Virus record (IMG/VR): IMGVR_UViG_3300045922_000167
Location: 26,889 to 90,888 of that record
Length of the DNA stretch: 64,000 nt
DNA from: a virus
Reading direction: 5' to 3' (one strand)
The position numbers were made by a program, and so were the translations under genes. Numbering within the stretch: position 1 is the stretch's first letter; each line of letters starts with the position of its first letter. Under the pieces are notes generated by a model, which made no database searches, was not told the origin of the DNA, and was given only the letters and a program-made list of their open reading frames with translations. Positions 48,231-58,509 of the stretch are shown in pieces.

Positions 48231-50189
48231 TTATCCTACATTTACTACTTTTAATTCTTGTGGACATGGTATATCTACACAGAAATTAATAACACATTCA
48301 CATTTTCTAGAAACTAAGTTATTATCTGTTAATTGACCAGCTTCGTCATTAATAACTTGCTCAGTTACTATTGATAGCTCGTAGCAGTATTTTCCTGAAC
48401 ATAAATTAGAAAACAAACCTAATTCAATTAGTTGAGTAAATAAACTATGCCATTTGTTATTAATTTGATTCCACGTACCTAAAATTTTAGGAGTTATTAA
48501 AGGACCTGGATTTCTAAAATTGCTAGGATGTTCTGTAAGTCTAACTAAAAATTGAGATTGTAAAGACGGGTGTAGATTGTAAAGTCCACATAATTCTGGT
48601 CTATTTTGATAATTAGGTAGTAAAGTATTCTCATTTGGGGTAGTAAAATTTATACCATTAGTACTAAACTCAAAAGTTTGTAAATTTGGACTAACCCTTT
48701 CTGCGTATATAAGTCTGTTGAATTTATTGTAATACTCTATTCTAGTAATATAACTATCACAACAGTTTATACAACTAGCCTCACTTGGAATTAACTGAAT
48801 ATAATTAATTTGCCTATCTTCAAAAGCGTTAAAAAATCTATCGTCTTCTCTTAGTTCATTAACTACTTGAATATCGCGACTTTGATAAAATTCAGTTGTA
48901 GTACCTACTGCTTCAGGCGAATGTTTATTGTTGTCAGCTACTCTTTTTATAGGACAACCAAATTTGTCAAATACTTGTACTTTCCAAGCAAATGGAATAT
49001 CATTACTGCTATTTTGCTCATTAATTGCACATGTGTTCATCTTAATAGAATAACCACAAGACTCATCACATTTTGCACTTAAAGGTTTAATAGCTTTAGT
49101 AACAGCTTTGTTAGTTTCAGTATCTATTACAAACGCATTTACCGAATAAGGTGCATAAAAATTATTTTCTCCTATTAACGAAACGTTAATAAATCCATCA
49201 CAATTTGATTTACCGCAACTAAAGCTACCTGGATGAATAGCCACAGTGTACTCTGGTTTAATAAATTGATTTGTATTTACTTCTCCTATTTTTATAGGAT
49301 CGCAATTATCTTGCCTAACCCAAATATCGTATCTAAATTTAGCACCACCAGGACCAGCCCAAGAATCAAACGGTAAATCTGTGTTTGTAGCAGTTTCAAC
49401 TAATGTAAAGTTGCCTGTATTTTTTACTTGGAAAAAATTATTAGGTACTGTGTTTGATCCATCATAAAAATTCCCATTGTTAAATACTGTTGGTGCAGTT
49501 GTATTATTAAAAATATTTGTAATAGAAGCCAAATCAAAATTAGGATCTTCTACAACGTCTGCACCTCTTAGTAAATATCTAAACCTATTCCCATACCCTT
49601 CTGCATGTATTTTTACGTTTATTATTTTATTATTACAATCCCCGCTTAGTTCAATGTCATAAGAAGTTTTTATGGCGCTTAAGTCTTTTATTTCAAACTC
49701 ATAAGAATCAACACAAGCATTAGGTGTAACATCTGAAGCTAAATACAATTTATATTTACCAGGAGGCACTTGGTTAAACGTATAAGTAGTAAATGGTACA
49801 TGTTGTACATCATTGATAGTACTAACAACATCAAAACCAATGCCTTGAATGTACACTAATGGGTAAGTATTATTATCCCAAGCTGTTTGGGTGTCACTTA
49901 ATCCATTATTACCTAAATTAGGAGTAACTACTACAGATTCTAATGGTGCGGGGTATACTGGACCAAACTCGTGCCATCCTGGGTTAGGAAAAATTCTTTC
50001 TAATCTGTAACCAAATCTAAAATGACGATCTAAGTATCTTGGTGGGTTTTGTAAATTATTTGGATTACCTAATTTTGGTAATTTACATGGGTATATACCA
50101 AAAGAAAAAGAACCACCAGCACCTGGACAATATTGATGAGTAACCCGTATAGGGTTATTCTTATTACTTTTATCTATTTTGCAGCTCAT
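48231..50189 (-). CDS. SprB-like repeat, Cys-rich tail/fibre protein (paralog of 50216-52195)
   Basis: NPIRVT..CPG; PGKYKLYL; FSCGKSNCDG; NCCD; NLCSGKYCYEL. Confidence 0.65.
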   Translation of the reverse strand: MSCKIDKSNKNNPIRVTHQYCPGAGGSFSFGIYPCKLPKLGNPNNLQNPPRYLDRHFRFGYRLERIFPNPGWHEFGPVYPAPLESVVVTPNLGNNGLSDTQTAWDNNTYPLVYIQGIGFDVVSTINDVQHVPFTTYTFNQVPPGKYKLYLASDVTPNACVDSYEFEIKDLSAIKTSYDIELSGDCNNKIINVKIHAEGYGNRFRYLLRGADVVEDPNFDLASITNIFNNTTAPTVFNNGNFYDGSNTVPNNFFQVKNTGNFTLVETATNTDLPFDSWAGPGGAKFRYDIWVRQDNCDPIKIGEVNTNQFIKPEYTVAIHPGSFSCGKSNCDGFINVSLIGENNFYAPYSVNAFVIDTETNKAVTKAIKPLSAKCDESCGYSIKMNTCAINEQNSSNDIPFAWKVQVFDKFGCPIKRVADNNKHSPEAVGTTTEFYQSRDIQVVNELREDDRFFNAFEDRQINYIQLIPSEASCINCCDSYITRIEYYNKFNRLIYAERVSPNLQTFEFSTNGINFTTPNENTLLPNYQNRPELCGLYNLHPSLQSQFLVRLTEHPSNFRNPGPLITPKILGTWNQINNKWHSLFTQLIELGLFSNLCSGKYCYELSIVTEQVINDEAGQLTDNNLVSRKCECVINFCVDIPCPQELKVVNVG

Positions 50190-50215
50190 GTGGATAAATC
50201 TTAATAGTTAAGAAA

Positions 50216-52195
50216 TTAAATAATATTTACTGGTGTTGGGCAAGCTATTTCTACACAAAATTGCACTACACAACTACATTCTCTAATAGTATGCTGTTGA
50301 TTGTTATTAGACCCTAAACCAGAAATTGACGCTCCTCGAGAACTAACAGATAATTCATAGCAATATTTTCCTGGACACAAATTCATAAATAGTCCGTTAT
50401 TTCTTAATTGTTGAAATAAAGAAGTTGTATTTGTAGTTCTTATTCTGTTTAATACAATAGAATTAGGACCTTTGTAACCACTTGGATGCTCTATAACTCT
50501 AATTAAAAAATTAGGGGCGTTATTGATAGCTGTAGTTACGTCATCTATACCGCAAAGTTCTATTTGATTAGCAATATTAGACTCAGGAAGAAATCCGTCA
50601 CTCCACACATCTGGTGTTGTTGAGTACCTGTATCCTGGTGTAGGAAGATAACGAAACTGTTCTGCTACTATAAGATTTTTATATTTATCAAAATAGTGCA
50701 TTTCCAATATCTCACCATCACAGCAATCGGGACAGTTAGTTAACGATGGTACTAATCTAATGTAATCAATTTGATTTTTATGTCTAGGATTAAACCATGA
50801 AGCATGTACTTGTTGTTCTATATTTCCATTGTTATTTGCATCTCTTGTCCAAAAATTTGGAAAGTAAGTATGCGAGTTTTGAGTATTTATGTTTGCTGGA
50901 GAATGATCAGTATTATTAGGATTTCTATTAACTGGACATCCAAATTTGTCATAAACATTTACTACATACCTATATGGAAATGAAGCATTAGTAGCTACTG
51001 TACTTTCTAATGCACATATTGGAATTTGTACAAAAAAGCCACAACTTGCATCACAAGAAGAACTTTTTGATATTACATTTTGGCTATTATTAAATATTTC
51101 GTTAGTAGCTCCTGGAGAATTAGATTCTGGTTTTATGTGTACCGAGTAAGGTGCAAACGCATTACTAGCTCCTTCTAATTGAACATTTACATACCCATCA
51201 CAATTACTTACACCGCAAGAAAAAGTAGATGGTACCATAGTTACTGTATAAGTAGGTTGAACAAATTCTGCTGTGTTTATAATACCTACTTTAACATAAT
51301 TATTTTGTGAATCAGGGCAAACTGATTTCTTAGGTCTAATCCATACTTCGTAACCAAATTTAGATCCATCAGGACCATCCCAAGAATCAAATGGTAATTG
51401 ATCAGGTTCATTACCAATAGTAAACTGGTTAGTACCCTTCCATTGCATTATATTTTGAGATGTAGGCGTAACACCATTAAAAAAAACACCATTCGTAATT
51501 ATTGTATTTTGGTTGGCATCTACAAAAAGATTAGGTACTTGATTGAATGGAAAATTACCTCCGTTTATATCTACACCACGTAACGCATAATCAAACACAC
51601 CACCGCTACCTTCCGCATTAATTGTTACATTTATAGTTTTACCATCGCATTGTTCTGAAACGTTTATATCTAACCAAGCATTTATAGCAGATTTGTCTTT
51701 TATTTCAAATTCATAAACTTCAACACAAGATTCAGCTTCTATATCTCTTAAAGTTAGTCGATATCTACCTGCTGTTAAATTAGGAAAACATAAATTAAAC
51801 GTATTTACAGTAACATTTGAATGACCTGAGGTATTCCAATGAATTCTATCATACGTTGTATTATCAACTGGATTAGGATCAGGATCAGCTAAAATTAAGT
51901 ACTGAGGAGTTCCACTAAGAGAACCACCTGCTTGTACAAGTGGACCGAAAGGATATGCAGTAATAACACCTTCGTTAGTACCAGTAGGTGCTGTGTAAGA
52001 AATTAAGTTAGTAATATCTATACGTGATAACTCTCCGTTAGCGTTGATTCTAGATAAATTTATATCTAATGTAATATTATTATTACGCCTACAACCTATC
52101 CAAGTAAAACACGCTTTTCCCAGAGTACCTGGGCATAAAATATCGGTAACCCGTATAGGGTTTGTTTTTTCTAAAGCATTTGCGGCACAGCTCAT
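50216..52195 (-). CDS. SprB-like repeat, Cys-rich tail/fibre protein
   Basis: MSC...NPIRVTDILCPG; NLTAGRYRLTLRD; FSCGVSNCDG; NLCPGKYCYEL; start moved to ATG 52195. Confidence 0.65.
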   Translation of the reverse strand: MSCAANALEKTNPIRVTDILCPGTLGKACFTWIGCRRNNNITLDINLSRINANGELSRIDITNLISYTAPTGTNEGVITAYPFGPLVQAGGSLSGTPQYLILADPDPNPVDNTTYDRIHWNTSGHSNVTVNTFNLCFPNLTAGRYRLTLRDIEAESCVEVYEFEIKDKSAINAWLDINVSEQCDGKTINVTINAEGSGGVFDYALRGVDINGGNFPFNQVPNLFVDANQNTIITNGVFFNGVTPTSQNIMQWKGTNQFTIGNEPDQLPFDSWDGPDGSKFGYEVWIRPKKSVCPDSQNNYVKVGIINTAEFVQPTYTVTMVPSTFSCGVSNCDGYVNVQLEGASNAFAPYSVHIKPESNSPGATNEIFNNSQNVISKSSSCDASCGFFVQIPICALESTVATNASFPYRYVVNVYDKFGCPVNRNPNNTDHSPANINTQNSHTYFPNFWTRDANNNGNIEQQVHASWFNPRHKNQIDYIRLVPSLTNCPDCCDGEILEMHYFDKYKNLIVAEQFRYLPTPGYRYSTTPDVWSDGFLPESNIANQIELCGIDDVTTAINNAPNFLIRVIEHPSGYKGPNSIVLNRIRTTNTTSLFQQLRNNGLFMNLCPGKYCYELSVSSRGASISGLGSNNNQQHTIRECSCVVQFCVEIACPTPVNII

Positions 52196-52384
52196 ATGTT
52201 TATTTTTTAATAGGTGGGTATTTAACTTGGTTAGAACCGTTTTGGCAACCACAAAATATTATTCCGATGTTATTTAGCTTTGTCATATTTTACGTGATTT
52301 TTATTTTTTTCAGATTTACCATAAATTACTAAAGCATATCTATTAAACCCAATGTTGGTTTTATTATTTTCAATTTTTATATTA

Positions 52385-52415
52385 ATTGTGGATGTAGGTT
52401 GACTACATCCACAAT
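52385..52415 (-). terminator. 13-bp hairpin downstream of 52478-53743
   Basis: ATTGTGGATGTAG-GTTGA-CTACATCCACAAT. Confidence 0.45.
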
Positions 52416-52477
52416 CATTAGCAGCTTTCATTTCATTATAAATTTTGTGGAGGTGGAAGCATTGGAGCTTCTACCCT

Positions 52478-53743
52478 TCAGTTAATCTGAATTCCAGGTG
52501 TTTTAAGAATACCTACTTTAAATTCTTTGTAACACCCACAACCATCTTCTATACGTACTGTGTAATTACCTGGTTTTAATAATTCAGCTTCCCAAGTATG
52601 AGGACCCTCACCAGCGTAAATTAACGGAGTAGGAATAATCTGACCTTCAGGAGCTTGAACTATACCTACGGTGTAATCACCACCGCAACCACCTCCAATA
52701 TTACTAATTTGAATAGAACCATCACAACATTCAGAGCAGCTAACTGCGTTGTTTGCTGTAACTACACCAGTTAATTCTGTACCTCCAGCTAATACCACAG
52801 TATCTGAACCGTTTGGTACGGCTTTACAACCATCTGCGTCATATACTTCAATTTTATAACCATTGGCATCTGATGCACACAAATTTTTAAAAGTATATGA
52901 GGTTTGACAATTATCATCGTCACAGTCATTACTAGCAGCAAATGGTGAACCATCTGCTTTGTTACCTGTTAAAATAAATTTGTAAGGAGCAGAGCCAAAC
53001 CCAGAAACTACTACACCTATTTCCCCATCACATATACCAAAACAAGATGGATCTGTTTTAGATAAAATAAATTTTAAGCTTACTGGGTATTCTACGTCTA
53101 CTGTGTAACCAGGATTAGTTGTGTTTTGAATATTAGGCGTTACAGCGTTTTCTTGGTACCAGCAACCATTTGCATCTTGTACATACACATGATATTTACG
53201 ATTCGCACCAGTATCTGAAGCAGGTCGTACAGGAATATTTGTAAAAATACCAGTACTATTACTAAAGTAAGTTTCCCAAGGTGCTCCGTCTGTTTCGTTA
53301 CTACGAATAAAATACTTATATGGTGGTACTCCACCTGCTGCTTCTACAATTACTGTTGCGTTACCTGTACATTTAGCAATAGATACATCAGTACTAATTG
53401 TAATAGATTCAGGTTCAATAATAGTAAATTCAGTTGTTTTGGCACATTCGCCATTAGCATCCCAAATAATTACAGTGTAAGTATCTGGTCCTAACTCTCC
53501 CCAAGTAAAAATACCATTAGACTGAAATCCTATGGCGTTAGGGTCAGGTGGAGTACCAGTACCTATTGCATTACCAGTAGTTGGAGTACCCAAATTAGGA
53601 ATTACAGTACCACTGCTATTTCTGATTAATATCCAGATTCGAGCCGCCCCCATACCAGGTGCTGGAACTGGGCTATTAATAGAAATAGTAAATGTACCGT
53701 TAGGTGGTGTTTGATTAAAACATGAAACATTAGTAGTAGCCAT
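52478..53743 (-). CDS. SprB-repeat protein (about 4 repeats)
   Basis: VSCF...NGTFTI...YTVIIWDANG; AGGVPPYKY...VQDANGC; PSCFGICDGEI; VSCSECCDGSI...PGNYTVRIEDGCGC. Confidence 0.75.
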   Translation of the reverse strand: MATTNVSCFNQTPPNGTFTISINSPVPAPGMGAARIWILIRNSSGTVIPNLGTPTTGNAIGTGTPPDPNAIGFQSNGIFTWGELGPDTYTVIIWDANGECAKTTEFTIIEPESITISTDVSIAKCTGNATVIVEAAGGVPPYKYFIRSNETDGAPWETYFSNSTGIFTNIPVRPASDTGANRKYHVYVQDANGCWYQENAVTPNIQNTTNPGYTVDVEYPVSLKFILSKTDPSCFGICDGEIGVVVSGFGSAPYKFILTGNKADGSPFAASNDCDDDNCQTSYTFKNLCASDANGYKIEVYDADGCKAVPNGSDTVVLAGGTELTGVVTANNAVSCSECCDGSIQISNIGGGCGGDYTVGIVQAPEGQIIPTPLIYAGEGPHTWEAELLKPGNYTVRIEDGCGCYKEFKVGILKTPGIQIN

Positions 53744-53746
53744 TGT

Positions 53747-55024
53747 TTAAATATTAAATGTTAGTATATGAGGTTTAACTTGAAAAGCAGTAGAAGTAGA
53801 GCAACAATTACAATCTTTTATCCATAGTCTGTATAAACCCTCAGTGAAAGTGTCTATATAAAAAGGATTAGTAGGTAATTCTTCATACTCATCCATTATA
53901 GGATCTATTTTATATTTATATCCCGTAGGTGAATTATCACAATCTTTGCATCTCTCACTACCACCAGTAACTACTATTTCTACTGTAATTTTATCTGTAC
54001 AACTAGGACATTCTGGTGGTAGTACATTAACAACTGCGCTTAACTCGCTTGCTTCTAATATAGTATATGTGCAAGTACTTTTACACCCCACAGGCGAAGT
54101 TATCGTTAAGTTGTAAGTTCCTGGTTCTAAATTAGTTATGTCTTTATCGTTGGAAATGAATCCATTAGGTCCAGTCCAACGAAAGGAAGGATTTTCTCCG
54201 TAGTTAAGTATTGGATTTAATGTAATAGTACCATCTTTCTTTTGGTAGCAACTTTCGTGAGAAATAACACCACCACAAGGCGGAATTAAAGGATTTGGTA
54301 CTACAATAGTAAAAGGAGATACGTTATTATTCGCATCTCTAATTTGTATTATGTATATACCAGGACGTAAAGTAGTAGAATATTCTGTGTTACTACCCAC
54401 AGTAGTTACTGAACTTACGTAAAGATAACCTGGAGGTGGTGTTATAGGCGTTATATTACTTAATAAATCTTTAGGTTGAACATAAATAGGTGGACAACAC
54501 GATACTAATTCTTTGTAAGGAAGGGTAACTAATGAAGAAGGTGATATTGAAGTAGTAAGCGTTGCACAACATCCAGCTATGTTTTTATCCACCATTAATG
54601 TTATTATAGGACTTGGTAAAGAAACATCGTCTACAAACAATATAGACATAGGTTTGTATCCTAATGCTATTAACGCTGGGTTAGTAACGTTTTCTATATA
54701 TGACTTTAACGCTAAAGCGAAGTCCCTACCAGTAGCGTAACTAGCAGTTGGATGTGGTGCAAATTGACCTAAGTTTAATTCAGGAAAGTATTTTATCGCA
54801 CCACAATCTATACGTATACCACCTGTTATTGTATCTGGTGGTGTAGGTGTTTCTACTTTGAATATAAAAGAAGTATAATTCTCATCACATGCTGTTACAG
54901 GATTTAACGATGATTGTACATATATTTCATATGTATAAGGAGGAGAACCACCAAACGGACCAAGAAAAGTCAATATCCCTAAATCATTAGGACATCTTGG
55001 AGTACTTAATTTTAACTCAGCCAT
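53747..55024 (-). CDS. SprB-repeat protein
   Basis: HESCYQKKDGTITL...FRWTGPNGF...DITNLEPGTYNLTITSPVGC is a canonical SprB-like repeat. Confidence 0.75.
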   Translation of the reverse strand: MAELKLSTPRCPNDLGILTFLGPFGGSPPYTYEIYVQSSLNPVTACDENYTSFIFKVETPTPPDTITGGIRIDCGAIKYFPELNLGQFAPHPTASYATGRDFALALKSYIENVTNPALIALGYKPMSILFVDDVSLPSPIITLMVDKNIAGCCATLTTSISPSSLVTLPYKELVSCCPPIYVQPKDLLSNITPITPPPGYLYVSSVTTVGSNTEYSTTLRPGIYIIQIRDANNNVSPFTIVVPNPLIPPCGGVISHESCYQKKDGTITLNPILNYGENPSFRWTGPNGFISNDKDITNLEPGTYNLTITSPVGCKSTCTYTILEASELSAVVNVLPPECPSCTDKITVEIVVTGGSERCKDCDNSPTGYKYKIDPIMDEYEELPTNPFYIDTFTEGLYRLWIKDCNCCSTSTAFQVKPHILTFNI

Positions 55025-55025
55025 T

Positions 55026-56405
55026 TTACTTACAAGGTTTGTCTTTAATTACGTCAGGACCAAAAGTAATACCAAAACACTCGTATTTATATAAACCGCA
55101 TGGTAGGTTATTCTTTACCACATAATCAACATATAAAGAAAACTTTTTAAGTTCTTCTTGTTGAAATAACAAAATATTTTGGCTTCTAATTATATTATCA
55201 CGAACTTCTCCAAAATATTTTATACAAGCAGCTGATTGATTAGTTACACGTAGAGAATCTAATGTTTCTTGTATTTGTTTTATGTTAGCATTAACAGTTG
55301 CATTCGAAAGAAATGCTTCTTTTGCAGTTTCAAAAGTTTCAGCAGTATTTACTACAATAACTGCTTCTTTAACTACTTTAAGACTATTTCCATACTCACG
55401 TACAAAATCATTATATTGATTAGCAGCATTAGATTCTTTAATAGCATTAAATACCGTATTTGTAGATATTACTACGTTTTTATTTGGTGTTGGGGAAGTA
55501 GGGTTTAATACACTACTAATTGGGGTTAGTATTGTCGTTAAATTAAACCCATCAGCAAGTCTTAATAAAACAGGTTCATCAGACACAATAGGTTGTATTT
55601 TTTGAGTTACTTTAATCCATTTAGAACAAGTTTGATTAAGACCATCCGTTACTTCTACGTATATCCATCCCCAACTTTGGTTAGGTACAAATTTTAATGC
55701 TACTGTGTTTAGCGTTTTATCTCCTGATATAAGAACTGGATTTTGTGGAGGTTTTGGAGAAGATGATACAGCTGGTGGAGGTAGATCAAAATTAGTAGTA
55801 GCTAACTTAGCTGAAAAGGCTGTATCCTCAGGGTCATACCATTTAATGGTATAAGGTGGATACCCATATACAGGTTTTATAGTTAGTTTTGGTGAGTTAA
55901 TGGTTACGTAACTATCACCTGTAATAGGTGGTCTATCGTAAGGTAGTGTTTCGTAGTACTCAGTGTTAGTATTTGCGTAATTTATTGATGGATGATTTAT
56001 ATTGTAGCCAACAGGACGTTGAGTTAAGTATCTTTGTATATTATCCTCTGCCACTGAGTACACCATACAAGACATAGGTACGTAAGCAGATACAGAAAAC
56101 GTAGCTACCCATTGGCATTCACCATCTTTTTTATTTGATATTAATATACTATATCCAGTACCTATTGGATACGTCTCTTCTGCACCTGTGTCAGTTGTAC
56201 CTTCTAATCCAGTAGACCATTGATAGTAATACGTTCTACTATTGTTAGCGAATTTTAATATGACCTTTGCTGGTTGATTATTTAATGAAGGTTGTGCTTC
56301 AATTGTAAATTCAGGTTTTATCCTATTACAATCTAAACCAGAAGGTTCTCGAAATTCACTAGGTTCTAAGTCTGGGCAGCAACTATTTAATGAAAATGGA
56401 TCCAT
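55026..56405 (-). CDS. tail-region protein with degenerate SprB/Ig-like repeats and helical C-term
   Basis: YYYQWSTG; GYPPYTIKW...VEVTDG. Confidence 0.55.
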   Translation of the reverse strand: MDPFSLNSCCPDLEPSEFREPSGLDCNRIKPEFTIEAQPSLNNQPAKVILKFANNSRTYYYQWSTGLEGTTDTGAEETYPIGTGYSILISNKKDGECQWVATFSVSAYVPMSCMVYSVAEDNIQRYLTQRPVGYNINHPSINYANTNTEYYETLPYDRPPITGDSYVTINSPKLTIKPVYGYPPYTIKWYDPEDTAFSAKLATTNFDLPPPAVSSSPKPPQNPVLISGDKTLNTVALKFVPNQSWGWIYVEVTDGLNQTCSKWIKVTQKIQPIVSDEPVLLRLADGFNLTTILTPISSVLNPTSPTPNKNVVISTNTVFNAIKESNAANQYNDFVREYGNSLKVVKEAVIVVNTAETFETAKEAFLSNATVNANIKQIQETLDSLRVTNQSAACIKYFGEVRDNIIRSQNILLFQQEELKKFSLYVDYVVKNNLPCGLYKYECFGITFGPDVIKDKPCK

Positions 56406-58467
56406 TGTTATTCGAGCTATTACAAGTTATATACGATTTAGATTTAGGTATAGGTGTAATACCACAACCATTACATAGGTCAACCATGCGTTTAATTCCT
56501 ATTTGAGTTTCACGTAGGAATTGCAAATACTTATCATCAAAGTAAAATCCACCATTTGTACCATTTTCATACAATAAAATGTTAGTAACGAAATTACTTG
56601 CAGCTATTAAGTACTGGTTTAATTTATGAAATTCAGCTTCATTAACTATATGATTTTCTTGTTGACTACAAGGATCTGGACATGGTACACATAAAGATTT
56701 CGTTAACATTTCTTTGTAGCATCTTAATACAGTACAGAATTCATACAATACTAATTTTCTGTTTATAACTATTACTTCCTTACCTGTAATTGGTTGTATA
56801 TAAGACACTACGTAGCTTACTATATAAACATTATCTATTGGTAAGTCTATGTTAAAACTAGAATTACCTGAGTAGTTTTCAATAATTAATGTATTTATTA
56901 ACTGTTCGTCTGGAGTAAATACTTTTATTTCTACTTTACAGTTATCAACGTAACTTTGAACATCAGATAGTAAAAACTTTCTACAATCCGTACGACTCAG
57001 TGAGACTGAGTCGCCTACATAAACTTCTAAGCAATCAATACACGTTCCGCAACAATTAGAAACTTCTATACATACAGTATGTTTACCTTGTTCTTTAAAT
57101 ACGTAATTTAAGGGAACGTTAGAAGCGTTTGTTCTTGGTATAGTTTCTACTACACCACTAGGACTTGTTACTTTATATACAGTAGATAATTGAGGATTAT
57201 TTAATTCAGGACAACAAGTAACTTTAGGTGCGGTTACAGAAATAGGTTGAATTAAAGCGCTAGTATAATTTTTATCTTTATTTAATAGTTCAAATCCTAT
57301 ATAAATATTTTTTGGATTTAACGAAGCTGCATAACTTGGTTTTAATAAAGCAGTATTATAATTGTCAGCAAAGCTTAAATTTGGTCTTGGTGTTATGTTA
57401 GATTTATCTATTTTTTCTAAGTTAGGGTCACAATCTAAGCAAGTAAATACTTGTCTTGGTAGCGTTATTCGCATTTTGCGTTCCCTAGTTGCTGGGTTTA
57501 TAATATCTGGTTCAGAAATGTCATCTATAATTATTCCAGGTATTAAGTTTAAACTGGCTTTTATTGTTTCATAAATATGGTAAGTATTAGCTACTGCGTT
57601 TGCGTCACTAATAGGAACGTCAGGAAAATAATAAGGTTGATAATTAATTACGGTATTTCCACAAACACTAATACCAAAATAAAGTTTATACGCTATGTTA
57701 TTTAAACTGTTCCAAATACTACTAGATTTAATAGTTAAATCAAGTACTATGGCTGAATCATCCATAGTACAATTATCTACTGCTGCACAATTTACATTGT
57801 CATGTTTTATATTAGGTATTATTTTCTGGGTAGAATTTACAGGTACACAAATAGTATTTACTTCAGCTTCGTTACAACAAACATTATTTTTTTGAAATGA
57901 AATAGACGCTTTAGGTAATGGATCTTCAACAGTAATTACTTTACTCGTTTGTACTGTACCTAAATCGTTACTTACTATTTGAGTTATTAACTGATTGCCA
58001 GAAGCTGGTAAGTTTACAGTAACAGATTCTTGATTTACAAATTCTCCTGGATATGCAGGTTGTACTAAATAGCTAACACGCATAAAAGAAGAATTTTGCG
58101 TGTTATAGATTCTAATTGTAAGACTACAAGGATCACGTATAACGTAAAATGAACTAACTATATTAGGTTGATTTTGAACGTAATTTTGATAAACAACCCA
58201 ATTAAAGTCATTAAGTACAAAACTATTCCCACTAACAGGACAAGGTATAAATACTTGACGATTTATGTATATGTTCGAGTTGTGGGATATACGAATGACA
58301 TAAGACACACCACATTGTATGTCTAACCCTTGCAATGTGTAACTACCTGTAACACCTGAAGTAGTAGAGTCTATTAGCGTTCCGTTAATAGTCAATAATT
58401 CAACCGTACATGGGACTGGATTGTTTAGCTCATTTAAAACAGATCCATTGATTATTAGGTTAGACAT
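56383..58467 (-). CDS. Ig/PKD-like multi-domain Cys-rich tail protein
   Basis: INGSVLNE...TTS.VTGSYTL (carboxypeptidase-regulatory-like); YVFKEQGKHTVCIEVSNCCG (PKD-like). Confidence 0.55.
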   Translation of the reverse strand: MSNLIINGSVLNELNNPVPCTVELLTINGTLIDSTTSGVTGSYTLQGLDIQCGVSYVIRISHNSNIYINRQVFIPCPVSGNSFVLNDFNWVVYQNYVQNQPNIVSSFYVIRDPCSLTIRIYNTQNSSFMRVSYLVQPAYPGEFVNQESVTVNLPASGNQLITQIVSNDLGTVQTSKVITVEDPLPKASISFQKNNVCCNEAEVNTICVPVNSTQKIIPNIKHDNVNCAAVDNCTMDDSAIVLDLTIKSSSIWNSLNNIAYKLYFGISVCGNTVINYQPYYFPDVPISDANAVANTYHIYETIKASLNLIPGIIIDDISEPDIINPATRERKMRITLPRQVFTCLDCDPNLEKIDKSNITPRPNLSFADNYNTALLKPSYAASLNPKNIYIGFELLNKDKNYTSALIQPISVTAPKVTCCPELNNPQLSTVYKVTSPSGVVETIPRTNASNVPLNYVFKEQGKHTVCIEVSNCCGTCIDCLEVYVGDSVSLSRTDCRKFLLSDVQSYVDNCKVEIKVFTPDEQLINTLIIENYSGNSSFNIDLPIDNVYIVSYVVSYIQPITGKEVIVINRKLVLYEFCTVLRCYKEMLTKSLCVPCPDPCSQQENHIVNEAEFHKLNQYLIAASNFVTNILLYENGTNGGFYFDDKYLQFLRETQIGIKRMVDLCNGCGITPIPKSKSYITCNSSNNNGSIFIK

Positions 58468-58496
58468 ACTCAGTGGTAAATGAGATAATAGAAAAA

Positions 58497-58504
58497 CAAA
58501 TATA
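58497..58504 (-). promoter_or_regulatory. Bacteroidota-type -7 promoter element (TATATTTG)
   Basis: TAnnTTTG about 30 nt upstream of ATG 58467. Confidence 0.55.
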
Positions 58505-58509
58505 CGTTA

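Noticed and set aside
45930-58467. Diversity-generating retroelement or invertible tail-fibre cassette
   Set aside because: No reverse transcriptase, recombinase or near-identical TR/VR pair seen; paralogs are diverged throughout
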